Counted from the first letter of the stretch, positions 28,363 to 38,739 are shown. The stretch: 64,000 nucleotides of DNA from Desulfobacterales bacterium (GCA_963674755.2 CAXXVS010000001.1:704001-768000), one strand, 5' to 3'. Made by a program: numbers and translations. Notes: generated from the letters alone by a model not told the origin.

Positions 28363-30420
28363 TCGCGCCGAGCAAAGCTCGGCGCATCTTGCAGGGTGTA
28401 AGTCCCTGCCGGGAGAGAGTCGGCAACGGCTTTCTGTAAGGGTTAGCCCCCCACCCGTATCGAGCCTTGGGTCCATGGCGGAGATGCTTTCTGATCATTG
28501 TAAGTGCTGGAAGCCGCTGTATTGGCTGGAAACGAGCCGCGACCCGGGAGACCGGTGGCATTCGCGGATGGTCTCACCCCACTGAACGAACAATGGAGCA
28601 GAGGTATCGAACAAGATGGGCTAAGCGTAGGCAGAGAATCCTGTAGGCCGTAGGGGAGACCGCGCTCCCTGAAGAGCTGGTACAGCTTCGAAATAGCAAT
28701 TGCGGACGCCGAGGGTTTTAACGTGCACCGAAGGCAACACAGAAGCATCCGTTACAGGCGAGGATGTGAAGGTCCGCCGGAGTCATCAGGCCGTGGCATG
28801 CAGGAAGAGATGCGCTGTAGAACTCGGGAAGCCCCAGAGGCTCCTGTGGGGAAGGAATCCGCAGGTGGGAGCGGAGACGCTCTACATGCCGATGGGGTGT
28901 CTTATCAGGCATACTACTCAGCGGTGGGGAAAGCCCACTACACGGGGAAGGACCTGACGGAAGTACGCAGCCTGCAAAGGAAACTCGTACCGGACAAAGT
29001 CGGGCTGGAGCAATACGAGCCAACCTCCCTGCAGGGGATAGCAACGAAGGCGGAAGTACGAACAGCACACCGTTTTCAGGATCTGTACCGGTGTCTAAAC
29101 GCCCGATTTTTGGCAGACTGCTGGAAGGATTTGAACAAAGATGCGGCCAGCGGAATCGATCAAGTGACGGCGGAGGCCTACGAGGAGAATCTTGAGGCCA
29201 ATATCAAGGCACTGGAAAAGCGCCTGAGACAAAAGCGGTACCGCGCCAAATTGGTGCGGCGATGTTACATTCCTAAGGGCAATGGGGAAGAGAGGCCACT
29301 TGGCATACCGGCACTTGAGGACAGATTGTTGCAGTTAGCGTGTGCCAAGATTTTAACATCGATTTTCGAATCGGATTTTGTAGAGACCAGTTACGCTTAT
29401 CGTCCCAAACGAAGCGCCAAAGAGGCAATAGAAGATTTGCAGTTCAATCTTCAGTTTGGGAAGTTTGGCTACATTGTCGAGGCTGATATACAAGGCTTTT
29501 TCGACAATATTGACCATGACTGGGTTTTACGGATGCTCCGGGAGCGGATTGATGACGCGGCGTTTCTAACCCTGCTCGGCAAGTGGCTGAAGGCTGGGGT
29601 ACTGGATACGGATGGTAAGGTGATTCATCCGGAGTCGGGAACGCCGCAAGGCGGGAGCGTATCGCCGGTACTGGCAAACGTATATCTGCATTTTGCTCTG
29701 GATCTGTGGTTTGAAAAGCGTGTGAAGGCGCAGAGTTGTGGTGAGGCGTTTATTCTCAGGTACGCCGATGACTTCATATGCGCCTTTCGCTATCGCGATG
29801 ACGCCGAGAGGTTCTATCATGAGCTGCCCAATCGGTTGAGCAAGTTCAAACTCGCGGTGGCACCCGAGAAGAGCGAAATGATACGTTTCAGCCGCTTTCA
29901 TCCAGGGATGCAAAGCCGGATCATGTTTTTAGGCTTTGAGGCCTATTGGATGGAAGACCCCAAGGGTGCGGTTAAAGTGAGACTGCGAACGGCCCGCAAG
30001 AAGCTGCACGATGCCTGCCGACGCATCAAGGGGTGGATAAAGGAGAACCGTCATCTGAAGGGGGCAAACTTTATAAGAGCGCTGAACCGGAGGTTGCAGG
30101 GCCATTACAATTACTTCAATGTGCCCGGCAACTTGAATTCGTTGTGGCGTTTTTACCGCTGGTCAGTGGACTGTGCATTCAAATGGCTGAACCGGCGAGG
30201 GGGAAAGCGTAAAAGCTTTACCTGGAAAGTGTTCACACGCGCCATAGACCGGTTAGGTGTCGCCAAGCCCCAAATGGAGATGGTCAACCGAAAACATCGC
30301 GTGTTTGTATAGTGCAAAGGCCTTACGCGGAAGCGAGTACAACCGAGGAACCGGATGCGGGAAAACCGCACGTCCGGGTCTGTGCGGGGGGCGCTGGGTA
30401 ACCGGCGTTCCTACCGTGAG
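28363..30420 (+). mobile_element. Group II intron (bacterial class E-like); ends +/-2 nt
   Basis: TCGCG 5' end with hairpin; domain V GAACCGGATGCGGGAAAACCGCACGTCCGGGTC; domain VI with bulged A; RT ORF; empty site visible at 26237. Confidence 0.9.
28723..30312 (+). CDS. ltrA: Group II intron reverse transcriptase/maturase, no En domain (true start probably near 29020)
   Basis: ASGIDQVT, YIPK..GEERPLGIP, DIQGFFDNI, GTPQGG, RYADDF, GHYNYF. Confidence 0.93.
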   Translation: MHRRQHRSIRYRRGCEGPPESSGRGMQEEMRCRTREAPEAPVGKESAGGSGDALHADGVSYQAYYSAVGKAHYTGKDLTEVRSLQRKLVPDKVGLEQYEPTSLQGIATKAEVRTAHRFQDLYRCLNARFLADCWKDLNKDAASGIDQVTAEAYEENLEANIKALEKRLRQKRYRAKLVRRCYIPKGNGEERPLGIPALEDRLLQLACAKILTSIFESDFVETSYAYRPKRSAKEAIEDLQFNLQFGKFGYIVEADIQGFFDNIDHDWVLRMLRERIDDAAFLTLLGKWLKAGVLDTDGKVIHPESGTPQGGSVSPVLANVYLHFALDLWFEKRVKAQSCGEAFILRYADDFICAFRYRDDAERFYHELPNRLSKFKLAVAPEKSEMIRFSRFHPGMQSRIMFLGFEAYWMEDPKGAVKVRLRTARKKLHDACRRIKGWIKENRHLKGANFIRALNRRLQGHYNYFNVPGNLNSLWRFYRWSVDCAFKWLNRRGGKRKSFTWKVFTRAIDRLGVAKPQMEMVNRKHRVFV

Positions 30421-30422
30421 AT

Positions 30423-30804
30423 AAAAAAATTTCTTCTCAATATCACTTCCCGAGATGGGGGCTTGCGGATTAAATACCCGGTATTCCTCATAACGTCTCT
30501 GCAGCACAGGCCATTAACCACCATGCTCAACGGCACCCACTTTTTACTGACCTACACCTGCAACTTCGAATGCGACCACTGCTTTCTGTATTGCAGCCCA
30601 TGGTCGAAGGGGACGTTTAGCATCGGTCAGGTGACGCGGGTGCTGGACGAGGTCCGGAAGATCGGCACGGTGGAATGGATTTTTTACGAGGGCGGCGAAC
30701 CGCTTCTCTTCTACCCGCTGCTGTTGGAGAGTGTCCGCCGGGCGGCGGAACGCGGGTTCAAGGTGAGAATCGTGACCAACGCCTAAACGTTGAGGCAAGG
30801 TGAA
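30423..30804 (+). repeat. ~380-bp direct repeat, copy 2, with radical SAM 5' stub (30523-30786)
   Basis: Near-identical to 26241-26620. Confidence 0.92.
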
Positions 30805-30805
30805 T

Positions 30806-32161
30806 ATGACCAAACCCCGTGTACCCATGGGAGCGGTAATTGGAAGGGCCCTCATTGCGCCCCTATACCTGGAGGCGGCTTCCTGGAAAGCCCTTGTCAG
30901 ATCCCTGCTGACCCTTGCGCTTGTGGGCCTGTTGCCGGTCGCCGCAGCCTATTTTCACATGGGATGGATGGTACAGGTGGCCGCGTTCGCATTTCTCTGG
31001 GTCGCAATCCTCTTGCTGGCCTGGAACTTCGAGCGCCACCTGCTGCTGGGGGCGGCGGCCGGTGAATCCGATCCGAGGCTGCGGCAGCGCTACGGGCTCA
31101 ATCTTATGGTCCTGGTCGTCGGGGGCATGTTGCTGGCATTTGTCATTTGGTATTTGCTGCAATGGGTGCTCGCGGCCATATTTTTACTGCATTTGGCTGC
31201 CAGCGATAACAACCCTTTACCTTCAGTGGCCTACGTACTGGGATGGATCGTGGCGATTTCGGTGGCGGGTTCGTTTCCGGTTCGTTTTGTCCTGCTGCTG
31301 CCGGCCGCGGCGGCAGGCCACGATATCGCGCCTAAGAGAATCTGGCGCCTGACCCGCGGCAACGGGCTGCGGCTTTTCCTGGTGCTTGTCATCCTTCCGG
31401 GCGTGCTGGCCGGCTATGGGCAATTGCCCCTCGCCTCAGGCCGCAGCTTTCCAGGGAGCGCGATGGTGGCCGGTCTGCTGACCGCTTACGGGGGCATGGT
31501 GTATTTGGCGGTTCTGGCATGGACCTATCGCAGCCTGTCCGCCATGCCGCTGCCGGAACTCAAACAAGGTGCCGGAGCGCGCCTGCTCAGGGATAATGCC
31601 CGCAGACTGTGGGCGGCGCTGGCGATCGTCCTGCTTCTGTTCGGCGGCGTTGCGGTTTATAACGCTTTCTACAGGACGGCCCCGGGGGAAACCGTTCAAA
31701 TCCTGCGCTTCGGCAAACCGCAACGCATCGCATCCGATCCCGGCACACGGGTCAAGATCCCCTTTGTCGAGGAAGCGCGCCCGCTGCCCGATGTTTTTCA
31801 AGCCCAATACCAAGGCACGTACCTGACCTACCACAAAGAGTTAGTGCCATTGGACTGCCGGGTCCAGTGGCGGATCGTCGACGCGGCGGTTTTTGACAGG
31901 ACGATAGGTGGCCGCACCACGTGTGCCGATGGCATCATCGGCGATCTCGTGATCAGCCTGCTGCGGGACCGCTTCGCGAGGCTGGGCCCGGATGACATTC
32001 GACCGCTGATCGAGGCCGGCAGTCTTACCCTGCCCAAGGAGGAAACAGCGCATCCCACAACGCTGCTCGATGGGGTCATTGACGAAATCAATAAAAGGAT
32101 CAAAGTTTATGGGATGGAAGTAACCGTATTGCGCATGGACGTCCGTAGCGGCGTCGGATGA
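30806..32161 (+). CDS. Multi-TM membrane protein fused to an SPFH/Band-7 domain
   Basis: About 7 TMs, WRLTRGNGLRLF, then ILRFGKP...PGTRVKIPFV...VQWRIVD...YGMEV. Confidence 0.8.
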   Translation: MTKPRVPMGAVIGRALIAPLYLEAASWKALVRSLLTLALVGLLPVAAAYFHMGWMVQVAAFAFLWVAILLLAWNFERHLLLGAAAGESDPRLRQRYGLNLMVLVVGGMLLAFVIWYLLQWVLAAIFLLHLAASDNNPLPSVAYVLGWIVAISVAGSFPVRFVLLLPAAAAGHDIAPKRIWRLTRGNGLRLFLVLVILPGVLAGYGQLPLASGRSFPGSAMVAGLLTAYGGMVYLAVLAWTYRSLSAMPLPELKQGAGARLLRDNARRLWAALAIVLLLFGGVAVYNAFYRTAPGETVQILRFGKPQRIASDPGTRVKIPFVEEARPLPDVFQAQYQGTYLTYHKELVPLDCRVQWRIVDAAVFDRTIGGRTTCADGIIGDLVISLLRDRFARLGPDDIRPLIEAGSLTLPKEETAHPTTLLDGVIDEINKRIKVYGMEVTVLRMDVRSGVG

Positions 32162-32392
32162 GAGAACGGCTTAAATTGTTTCTTCATTTTCTTTCACGTG
32201 AAGAGGAAACGAAGCAATCACGCCTCGGCGTGACAGGCTTCAAACGCCCGTGTCCCGCTTGATCTTGCGTGTCGGCGCGGGTCAAAGGGAATTGCAACCG
32301 AAAACTTAAACTTTTTCCGGGGACAACCCAACGCCTTCCGCTCTGCGGGAGGCGTTTATTGAAGTTCAACCAATCCATTCAGGGGGAAAAAT

Positions 32393-33154
32393 ATGGCTGA
32401 CAAATATAAACGAATTGCCATCGTAACCGGCAGTACTTCCGGCCTCGGTGAGGCCATCGCGCGGAAATTCGTCGCCGCCGGCTTCGGCGTCGTCGGCAAC
32501 GGACGGACGGCGCAAAAATTGGCCGCGCTCGAAAAGGAACTTGGTCCTGCTTTTTGCAGTGTCGCCGGAGATGCGGCCGATCAGGCCGTGGTGGAAAAAC
32601 TCTTTGCCAAAGCCGAGGAGCGCTTCGGCCGTGGGGCCGATATCGTGGTGGCCAATGCCGGCCGGGGGCTGGGGGGGTCTGTAAAGGATGCCGATCTGAG
32701 GCAGTTCGGGGAAGTGCTAAACACCAACGTGGCCGGGGTAGCCATGCTGATTCAAAAAGCGGCCCGGCAAATGGTGCCGGTGCAGGAGAAGGCTTTTCCC
32801 GATGCCGCGGCCGATATCGTCATCATGGGATCGGTGGCCGGGCGCCACATATCGCCCTTCAGCGCCGCCTACAGCGCCTCCAAGTTTGCCGTCAACACCC
32901 TGGCGGAAAGCCTGCGGCGGGAAATTGCGACCACGGGGGTGCGTGTTTCGCTGGTGGAGCCGGGCGCGGTGATCAGCGGGTTTCAGGCAGCGGCCGGATA
33001 CGATGACGCCATGGTGAATACCCTGCATGCGAAATACGGCCCCTTGCTGGTCAGCGACGACATTGCCGATGCCGTGTATCATATCGTAAGCCAGCCGCCC
33101 CGCGTGCATATCAGTGATATCATCGTTCGCCCCACGCGTATGGACTATCCCTGA
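32393..33154 (+). CDS. SDR oxidoreductase
   Basis: TGSTSGLG, ANAG, YSASK. Confidence 0.93.
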   Translation: MADKYKRIAIVTGSTSGLGEAIARKFVAAGFGVVGNGRTAQKLAALEKELGPAFCSVAGDAADQAVVEKLFAKAEERFGRGADIVVANAGRGLGGSVKDADLRQFGEVLNTNVAGVAMLIQKAARQMVPVQEKAFPDAAADIVIMGSVAGRHISPFSAAYSASKFAVNTLAESLRREIATTGVRVSLVEPGAVISGFQAAAGYDDAMVNTLHAKYGPLLVSDDIADAVYHIVSQPPRVHISDIIVRPTRMDYP

Positions 33155-33246
33155 TACGGCCGTGGTTCGCAGGCGCGCTAAGTCTACCGGGTGATTTCAG
33201 CCAACGGGGAAGATGAAGGCTACCCCTTGGCATGGGGGCCTTCCAA

Positions 33247-33275
33247 ACGGGGCGTTCGACGCGCCCCGTCTTTTT
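33247..33275 (+). terminator. Intrinsic terminator-like hairpin between convergent genes
   Basis: ACGGGGCG-loop-CGCCCCGT followed by a T-run. Confidence 0.55.
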
Positions 33276-33312
33276 CCGGTCAGGCAACATTTGCGGTTAC
33301 CCGCCAACAACC

Positions 33313-33477
33313 TCAACAACGCGTGCTAAAACTTTGCAGAAGTTCTTTTTCCCGGCGAAGGTCAGCCCGCATATCGTGGCTTTCCGTCCTGACGATTTCC
33401 TGTCGCAGGTCGTCGAGATAGTGGTTTATGGCATGGCAAACGACTTTTTTCTCTTCGTCTTTCACTTCCATACTCAT
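33313..33477 (-). CDS. Small 54-aa helical protein (not in ORF track)
   Basis: AAGGAGG RBS; MSMEVKDEEKKVVCHAINHYLDDLRQEIVRTESHDMRADLRREKELL. Confidence 0.65.
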   Translation of the reverse strand: MSMEVKDEEKKVVCHAINHYLDDLRQEIVRTESHDMRADLRREKELLQSFSTRC

Positions 33478-33783
33478 GGCATTGACCTCCTTGTGCCAGC
33501 CAACCGGGTTTCGACCGGTTCAAACAGCTCACGGCGTTCAGGCATGTGAGCTTGCCCTTCCCACGGCATTCGAACGCTGGCCGTGCTTCCGGGCTAACCC
33601 AAAGCATAGGCATTTCCTGCGTAGATTCAAGTCAACGGCAGTGTTTACCGGGGGGAGCTGCGCTGCGAAGATCGGATCCGGCAGTCAGCATTGCGGGGAT
33701 AAGGCGATGAGAAGCACTCCGGCCCATCGCCCGCTATAAAAAGAGACGATAGAGGCGCTTTTACGGTGTGCAATAGAGGATGC

Positions 33784-36423
33784 TTATGGCTTATCGCCGG
33801 AAGCACCGGTGCCCAGGGCTCGGTCCAGGGCGGCCTGCAACTCTACGATGCCGTAGGGTTTCTGCAGAAAGGCCTGGGGGCGCTCAGGATGTTTGTCGCG
33901 CTTCACCTGCACCTCGTCGTAGCCGCTGGACAGGATCACCGGCAGATCGCCGCGCAGCTCCCGTAGCGCGGCCAGGGTCTGCCAGCCGTCCATGCGGGGC
34001 ATGGTGAGGTCGAGGACCGCGAGACGGATGTCGCCTTTGCGGGCGCGGAACTTCTCAACGGCATCAAGACCGTCGACGGCCGTGACGACCACAAACCCTA
34101 TCCGTTTAAGTTGGGCCGCCGCCATATCGCGCACCAGGGGCTCGTCGTCCGCCACGAGCACCAGACCTCTCTGGTCGGACAGCTCGGGCGGTCGGACACC
34201 ATTTTGCTTCGTCTCGGCCGCGGTCTCGGTCAGTTCGGGAAAATAGACCCGGAAGATCATGCCGCGGCCCGGGCGCGTCTCGACATGGATGGCGCCTTCG
34301 TTGGACCGGATCAGCCCCAGAACCACGGACAGTCCCAAGCCGCGACCGGTGAATTTGGTGGAGAAAAAAGGCTCGAAGATTTTTTCCAGATGGGTTGCAT
34401 CCAGGCCGCAGCCGGTATCGGACACGGAAATACAAGCGTAGGTTGCGGTTTTAGGCGTCCAGTCCAGCGGAAAAAAGCGGGAGGCGCTGATATCCGCTTC
34501 GTCAACCACCCCGACCGTGACGGCGATTTCCCCCTTTTGGTCCCCGATGGCTTCGGCGCTGTTGGCGATGATATTGGCGAGGATCTGTTGGATATGGACG
34601 CCGGTGGCCTTGATTCTCGGTCCCGGGGAACGGAATTCGGTTTTCAGCCGGATGCCGGGAGGAATCGACAATTGGGAAAGGGGCAGGGCTTCGCGGACCG
34701 CTTGGGCGAGATCGAGGGGTTCTTTGGCCTCCGGGGTCTGACCGAGATAGGCCCGCATCAGTTTGCCGATTTCGATGGCACGGTGTGACGCCTGCATGGC
34801 GTCCGCCAGATGGGAATCCAGGTCGACTCCCTGGGACAGGTTGTGCTGCGCCAGCTCGAGGTTGCCTACCACCGCGCCCAGCAGATTGTTGAAGTGGTGG
34901 GCGATGCCGCCGGCCATACGGCTCAGACTTTCGGCCCGCCAGATGCGCTGTTTCTGCTGCTCCATCAGAAGCTTTTCGGAATGGACTTGTTTAGCCTCGG
35001 TCATGTCGGCAAAGGAGGTGAGCAGGCACTGCCGACCGTCGATGGCCACGATGGACAGCGAGACAAGGAAGGTGACAATGCTCGCGGACTTGGTCCGAAA
35101 GCGACACTCCCTGGCGTAGACATGCCCACATTTGGTAAGCTCGCTGCGGATGGCGGCTTCATCATCGGGGTCGGCCACAAGTCCGATCTCGGCATAGGTT
35201 TTACCGATCACCTCCGATCGGGTGTAGCCAATATCCCTGAGAAACGTCTCATTGACGTCGAGAAAGTGTCCTTCGGGAATGGCGTTGAGGGCAATGGCAA
35301 GGGGGCTCCATTGAAACGCCGTGGCGAAGCGTTGTTCCGATTCCCGCATGGCGCGGTAGAGCCGGGCATTCTGGAAGGCGGCGGATGTCTGATCGGCATA
35401 CAGTGAAGCGATCTGAACGGTATCGGGGGTGAACATCATGCGATACAAGCGCACGGCATAGAGCAGCCCCAGGATCTGTTTCTCGCGGTGAATGGGAATC
35501 GCCAGGAGTGACCGGGCCGGGCAGGTCTTCAGGCCGCATATCGCGAACTGTTCGCCGACCGTTTGCAGGTCGTCAATGCAGTAGGGCTGGCTCGCCGCCA
35601 AACGCGATTCCACTAACAATTTATTGGTAAGACGGCGCCAGAGGGGAGCTTCCCCAAGTGCCAGATCGGATTGGTAGGCACGATCGGGATTGCCGTCGGC
35701 GTCCATCAGCACCAGCAGGGCTGCATCGGCAAGCACCACTTCCGGAAGATGGCGGACCGCTTCGGCCGCGACCTTTTTCTCCTCCAATTGTGAGCTGATG
35801 AGGCGGCCCACCCGGACAAGCTGTTCCACCTGGGCGCTTTTTTGAGCCTGCTCCAGGGTCAGGCCGATGCGATAGGCCATGGTCGCCAGCAGGTCGGCAT
35901 CGGCATTGGCAAAAGGCAGCGACTGGCAGCGCGCCAGGACCAAAGCGCCGCGTACCGACTGGGTGTCGATCACGGGCAGCCAGACTGCCGTTTCAGCCCC
36001 AAGTTCCCGGAGCTGCGGCTCCACCAGCGGGTCTTGGCCGGCTTCCGTGATCAATACGGGGGCCTTGCTGGCCATGGCTGTCGCCGCATAGCTGGACAGG
36101 GCTTCCGATAGCGGCTGGTGAATTATATCCTCGGGCAGACCAATGGCGGCCTTGGGGACAAAATTACCCGTCCCGGACGGATCCAAAAGAACGACGATTT
36201 CCGCTATGAAAAGTTCCGAGAGGGCGGCCAGCGCCCTGTCGAGGAGGTCCGGGAGCGGCTTGGGCTCATTGAGGATAGTCAGCAGGCGGGTCAGACGGGT
36301 GGTGTCACGCACGGCTTCCCTCGCCGCCTGGAGGGCCGCGTCGCGTGCGGCGCGCAGGCGAAAATCGCCGTCCGAGTCTTTCGATTCCTGATTGTTATTG
36401 CACGGATGCGCGTTGACCGACAT
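33784..36423 (-). CDS. Hybrid sensor kinase GAF-GAF-PAS-HisKA-HATPase-REC
   Basis: GGIAHHFNN, DTGCG, FFSTKFTGRGLGL, DDE...LDLTMP receiver. Confidence 0.93.
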   Translation of the reverse strand: MSVNAHPCNNNQESKDSDGDFRLRAARDAALQAAREAVRDTTRLTRLLTILNEPKPLPDLLDRALAALSELFIAEIVVLLDPSGTGNFVPKAAIGLPEDIIHQPLSEALSSYAATAMASKAPVLITEAGQDPLVEPQLRELGAETAVWLPVIDTQSVRGALVLARCQSLPFANADADLLATMAYRIGLTLEQAQKSAQVEQLVRVGRLISSQLEEKKVAAEAVRHLPEVVLADAALLVLMDADGNPDRAYQSDLALGEAPLWRRLTNKLLVESRLAASQPYCIDDLQTVGEQFAICGLKTCPARSLLAIPIHREKQILGLLYAVRLYRMMFTPDTVQIASLYADQTSAAFQNARLYRAMRESEQRFATAFQWSPLAIALNAIPEGHFLDVNETFLRDIGYTRSEVIGKTYAEIGLVADPDDEAAIRSELTKCGHVYARECRFRTKSASIVTFLVSLSIVAIDGRQCLLTSFADMTEAKQVHSEKLLMEQQKQRIWRAESLSRMAGGIAHHFNNLLGAVVGNLELAQHNLSQGVDLDSHLADAMQASHRAIEIGKLMRAYLGQTPEAKEPLDLAQAVREALPLSQLSIPPGIRLKTEFRSPGPRIKATGVHIQQILANIIANSAEAIGDQKGEIAVTVGVVDEADISASRFFPLDWTPKTATYACISVSDTGCGLDATHLEKIFEPFFSTKFTGRGLGLSVVLGLIRSNEGAIHVETRPGRGMIFRVYFPELTETAAETKQNGVRPPELSDQRGLVLVADDEPLVRDMAAAQLKRIGFVVVTAVDGLDAVEKFRARKGDIRLAVLDLTMPRMDGWQTLAALRELRGDLPVILSSGYDEVQVKRDKHPERPQAFLQKPYGIVELQAALDRALGTGASGDKP

Positions 36424-36434
36424 CCTACTGCCCT

Positions 36435-37607
36435 TTAAAGCGCCATTGCCGTAAGGGTGGCATTGTGGGTTCCCAGTACACCGGTCGTGCGTGAAAATTC
36501 GCCGCAACAGTGCATTCCGAAGACCGGCACGCGGCCCGCAGCCGCCTGCAAACGTTGGGCTTCTTCCGGCTTGCGGTCACCGAAAATAGTGGCGCGGGCC
36601 GCACAACTGAACGCCAGCAGCAGCCCCGCCTCGGGGTGCGTTTCCAGAGCACGGGTGGCGGTGCTTTCGACAATGTCGAGCAGCATATCGGGCGTGCCGG
36701 TCATGACCTGGACAGCGCTTCCGGCCGACGGGGCGCAGCCCTGGATCCGGAGGCCTCCCTGGGCCATCTTGGCCCGCGCCACCCGGATGACGAAGGATCC
36801 GTCCGCCTGGAGCAGGCCGAAGGGGTGATTGATGGAGGTCTCCCAAAATTTATCGGCACTCAAGGCCCCCGGTGCCAGGCCGAGTTGTTCTTCATAGACG
36901 ACCGACGCCGGCCGGCCCCCGATCTCGAGGATTTCAGCGCCCCCGGCACGAGTGATCAGCAGGGGGACACCGATGGGCTGCCAGCCGTGCTGGACTTCGA
37001 CGCGCAACGGCCTTTCGCTGGCGATCCAGAGGGCCAATGCGCCATCATTTACGATATCGTTATTATGGAAGATGCTTGTTTTTATGAATTGCTGTTCGTC
37101 ACTCGCCGCTCCCCCGAACATGGGTACTTTGGGACCGGTGATCCGATAAACCCCCTGTACGATCTGTTGCAGATCCCCGAGAAGGGCGTCGGCCAGAACC
37201 AATACCCCGGCGTGCGGGCTTTCACCAACCTCAGCCCGGCAAGTCCGTGTGATATCCTGGGCGGCGCGATCCATGTCAACGCGGATATGACTGGCCGATG
37301 CCGCCGCAAAGCGGTAAGGCCCGGCGGTCATGGCCAGAACCGCGACGCCGGCCCCGAATCCCATATATGTGCCCTGCACGAGCTCGCCGGAGCTGGTGGC
37401 CCCGATCAGCAGTGTGGTGCCTGTCACCGAGCGGATAGTCGCCAGTAGTTTGGGAAGATCGTAGCGTGGGGTGCAGAAAACCATGATGAGTGCCGGTGGT
37501 TCGCCGGGCAGCCCGGCCAAGGCCGCGGAGGCCGCCGCGCGTCCGGCTTCGGCCGCATCCTGCGCATTGCTGGTGCCAATGCCTGTGCATAGGTTCATCG
37601 CTGACAT
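36435..37607 (-). CDS. FIST-domain signalling protein
   Basis: IGATSSGE, FGGAASD, HGWQPIG, FSCAAR, GEF...HNAT. Confidence 0.9.
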   Translation of the reverse strand: MSAMNLCTGIGTSNAQDAAEAGRAAASAALAGLPGEPPALIMVFCTPRYDLPKLLATIRSVTGTTLLIGATSSGELVQGTYMGFGAGVAVLAMTAGPYRFAAASASHIRVDMDRAAQDITRTCRAEVGESPHAGVLVLADALLGDLQQIVQGVYRITGPKVPMFGGAASDEQQFIKTSIFHNNDIVNDGALALWIASERPLRVEVQHGWQPIGVPLLITRAGGAEILEIGGRPASVVYEEQLGLAPGALSADKFWETSINHPFGLLQADGSFVIRVARAKMAQGGLRIQGCAPSAGSAVQVMTGTPDMLLDIVESTATRALETHPEAGLLLAFSCAARATIFGDRKPEEAQRLQAAAGRVPVFGMHCCGEFSRTTGVLGTHNATLTAMAL

Positions 37608-38013
37608 GTCCTTGCTTTGGGGGAAAAATTTCCAGGACAATCCCAAGTCCCTGAGAGGCCTTTGATCTGACGACGAATGGTCAGATCGCGAGGCCGGACC
37701 GGGCCGGGCAACGCCGCGGTCCGCCCAACCCGGTCTTCAAACCTCGATCAGAGCTTATATCGTACGAAGGGTTCAATTTCTTGAGCGAATTCTATACTTG
37801 GGGAGGGGGCGAGATCGGAGTCCCTGACGGATGGTGATAGACTTGTTTGATCAAGGTTCCGACCTCGCTGTGTATCAGAACGGGTAAGCACCCCTCGATG
37901 TTGAAACTTACCTAAACCTTCGTCATCTGCACGTCTCACTGAAGGGCGAGCCCCAAGGCTACATCGACGATATCATCCGGTCCCGGGGATTTCAGCGGAA
38001 TGTCGTTGCCACT

Positions 38014-38225
38014 GTGGGGCATTTCTTGGTGGCCCCGTTCCTGCTGGCATCGACGGATGCCGTCGCTACGGAGCCGCGTCGCATTCTGGCACCTTTGGGG
38101 CGACTGCTGAATCTGAAACTTGTCGATCCACCCATCGACATCCCGCCTTTCCAGGTAACCCAAATATGGCATAGGCGTTTCGATACCGACACCGGGCACC
38201 AATGGCTGCGGGCTGCGGGATCTGA
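38014..38225 (+). pseudogene. LysR substrate-binding domain C-terminal remnant
   Basis: HFLVAPFLLASTDAVAT.P...QIWHRRFDTDTGHQWLR; no HTH. Confidence 0.7.
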
Positions 38226-38463
38226 TACAGGCAATCTGCAGGGGGTTAAACGAAGGGGTTCCTGAACGGCGATGAAATACACCATTGCTTGCCAACCGGC
38301 ATCGTCATCACCCCGGGGCGTGGATCGAGGTATGCCCCGGGTATACGGAGTTTGGCGTTGATTTTCAGTGACAGACGGGTATTGGCCGGCCTAGTTGCCG
38401 ATTTTTCATCATCCGGTTCGCGCTCGGCGGCAGCTTCAAGGCCCTCGGGTTCAGAGGCGCGCC

Positions 38464-38733
38464 TCAGTCTTGCGCGTCTTTTTCCCGGCGGATGAAGTCG
38501 GCCAGGCTCCCCAGGGTCTGCAAGATGGTCCGGCCGATTTTTTCGGCGTCGATGCGGATGCCGTAGCGCATCTGCACGGTCACGATGATTTCGACGGCAT
38601 CCAGGGAGTCCAGACCCAGGGGGCCCTCCGGGCCGATCAGGATGGAATCCCGCCCGAAGTCCTCGGGCAGGGGGCCGGGAATATCACACGCTTCCACGAT
38701 CATTTCTGCCAGTTCACGCTCTAAAGCATCCAT
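38464..38733 (-). CDS. Acyl carrier protein
   Basis: LGLDSLDAVE phosphopantetheine motif. Confidence 0.92.
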   Translation of the reverse strand: MDALERELAEMIVEACDIPGPLPEDFGRDSILIGPEGPLGLDSLDAVEIIVTVQMRYGIRIDAEKIGRTILQTLGSLADFIRREKDAQD

Positions 38734-38739
38734 AGATGT

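Larger units (their letters stand above)
18002..30804 (+). mobile_element. Integron cassette array with dead integrase (intI 3' end facing attI)
   Basis: AT-rich co-oriented genes separated by attC sites; GTTRRRY at cassette starts complement RYYYAAC at cassette ends. Confidence 0.9.

Noticed and set aside
28723..30312. Retron, DGR or defence RT paired with the 18.5 kb hairpin
   Set aside because: The RT has group II maturase motifs and is followed by domains V-VI; the hairpin is 10 kb away in a separate cassette
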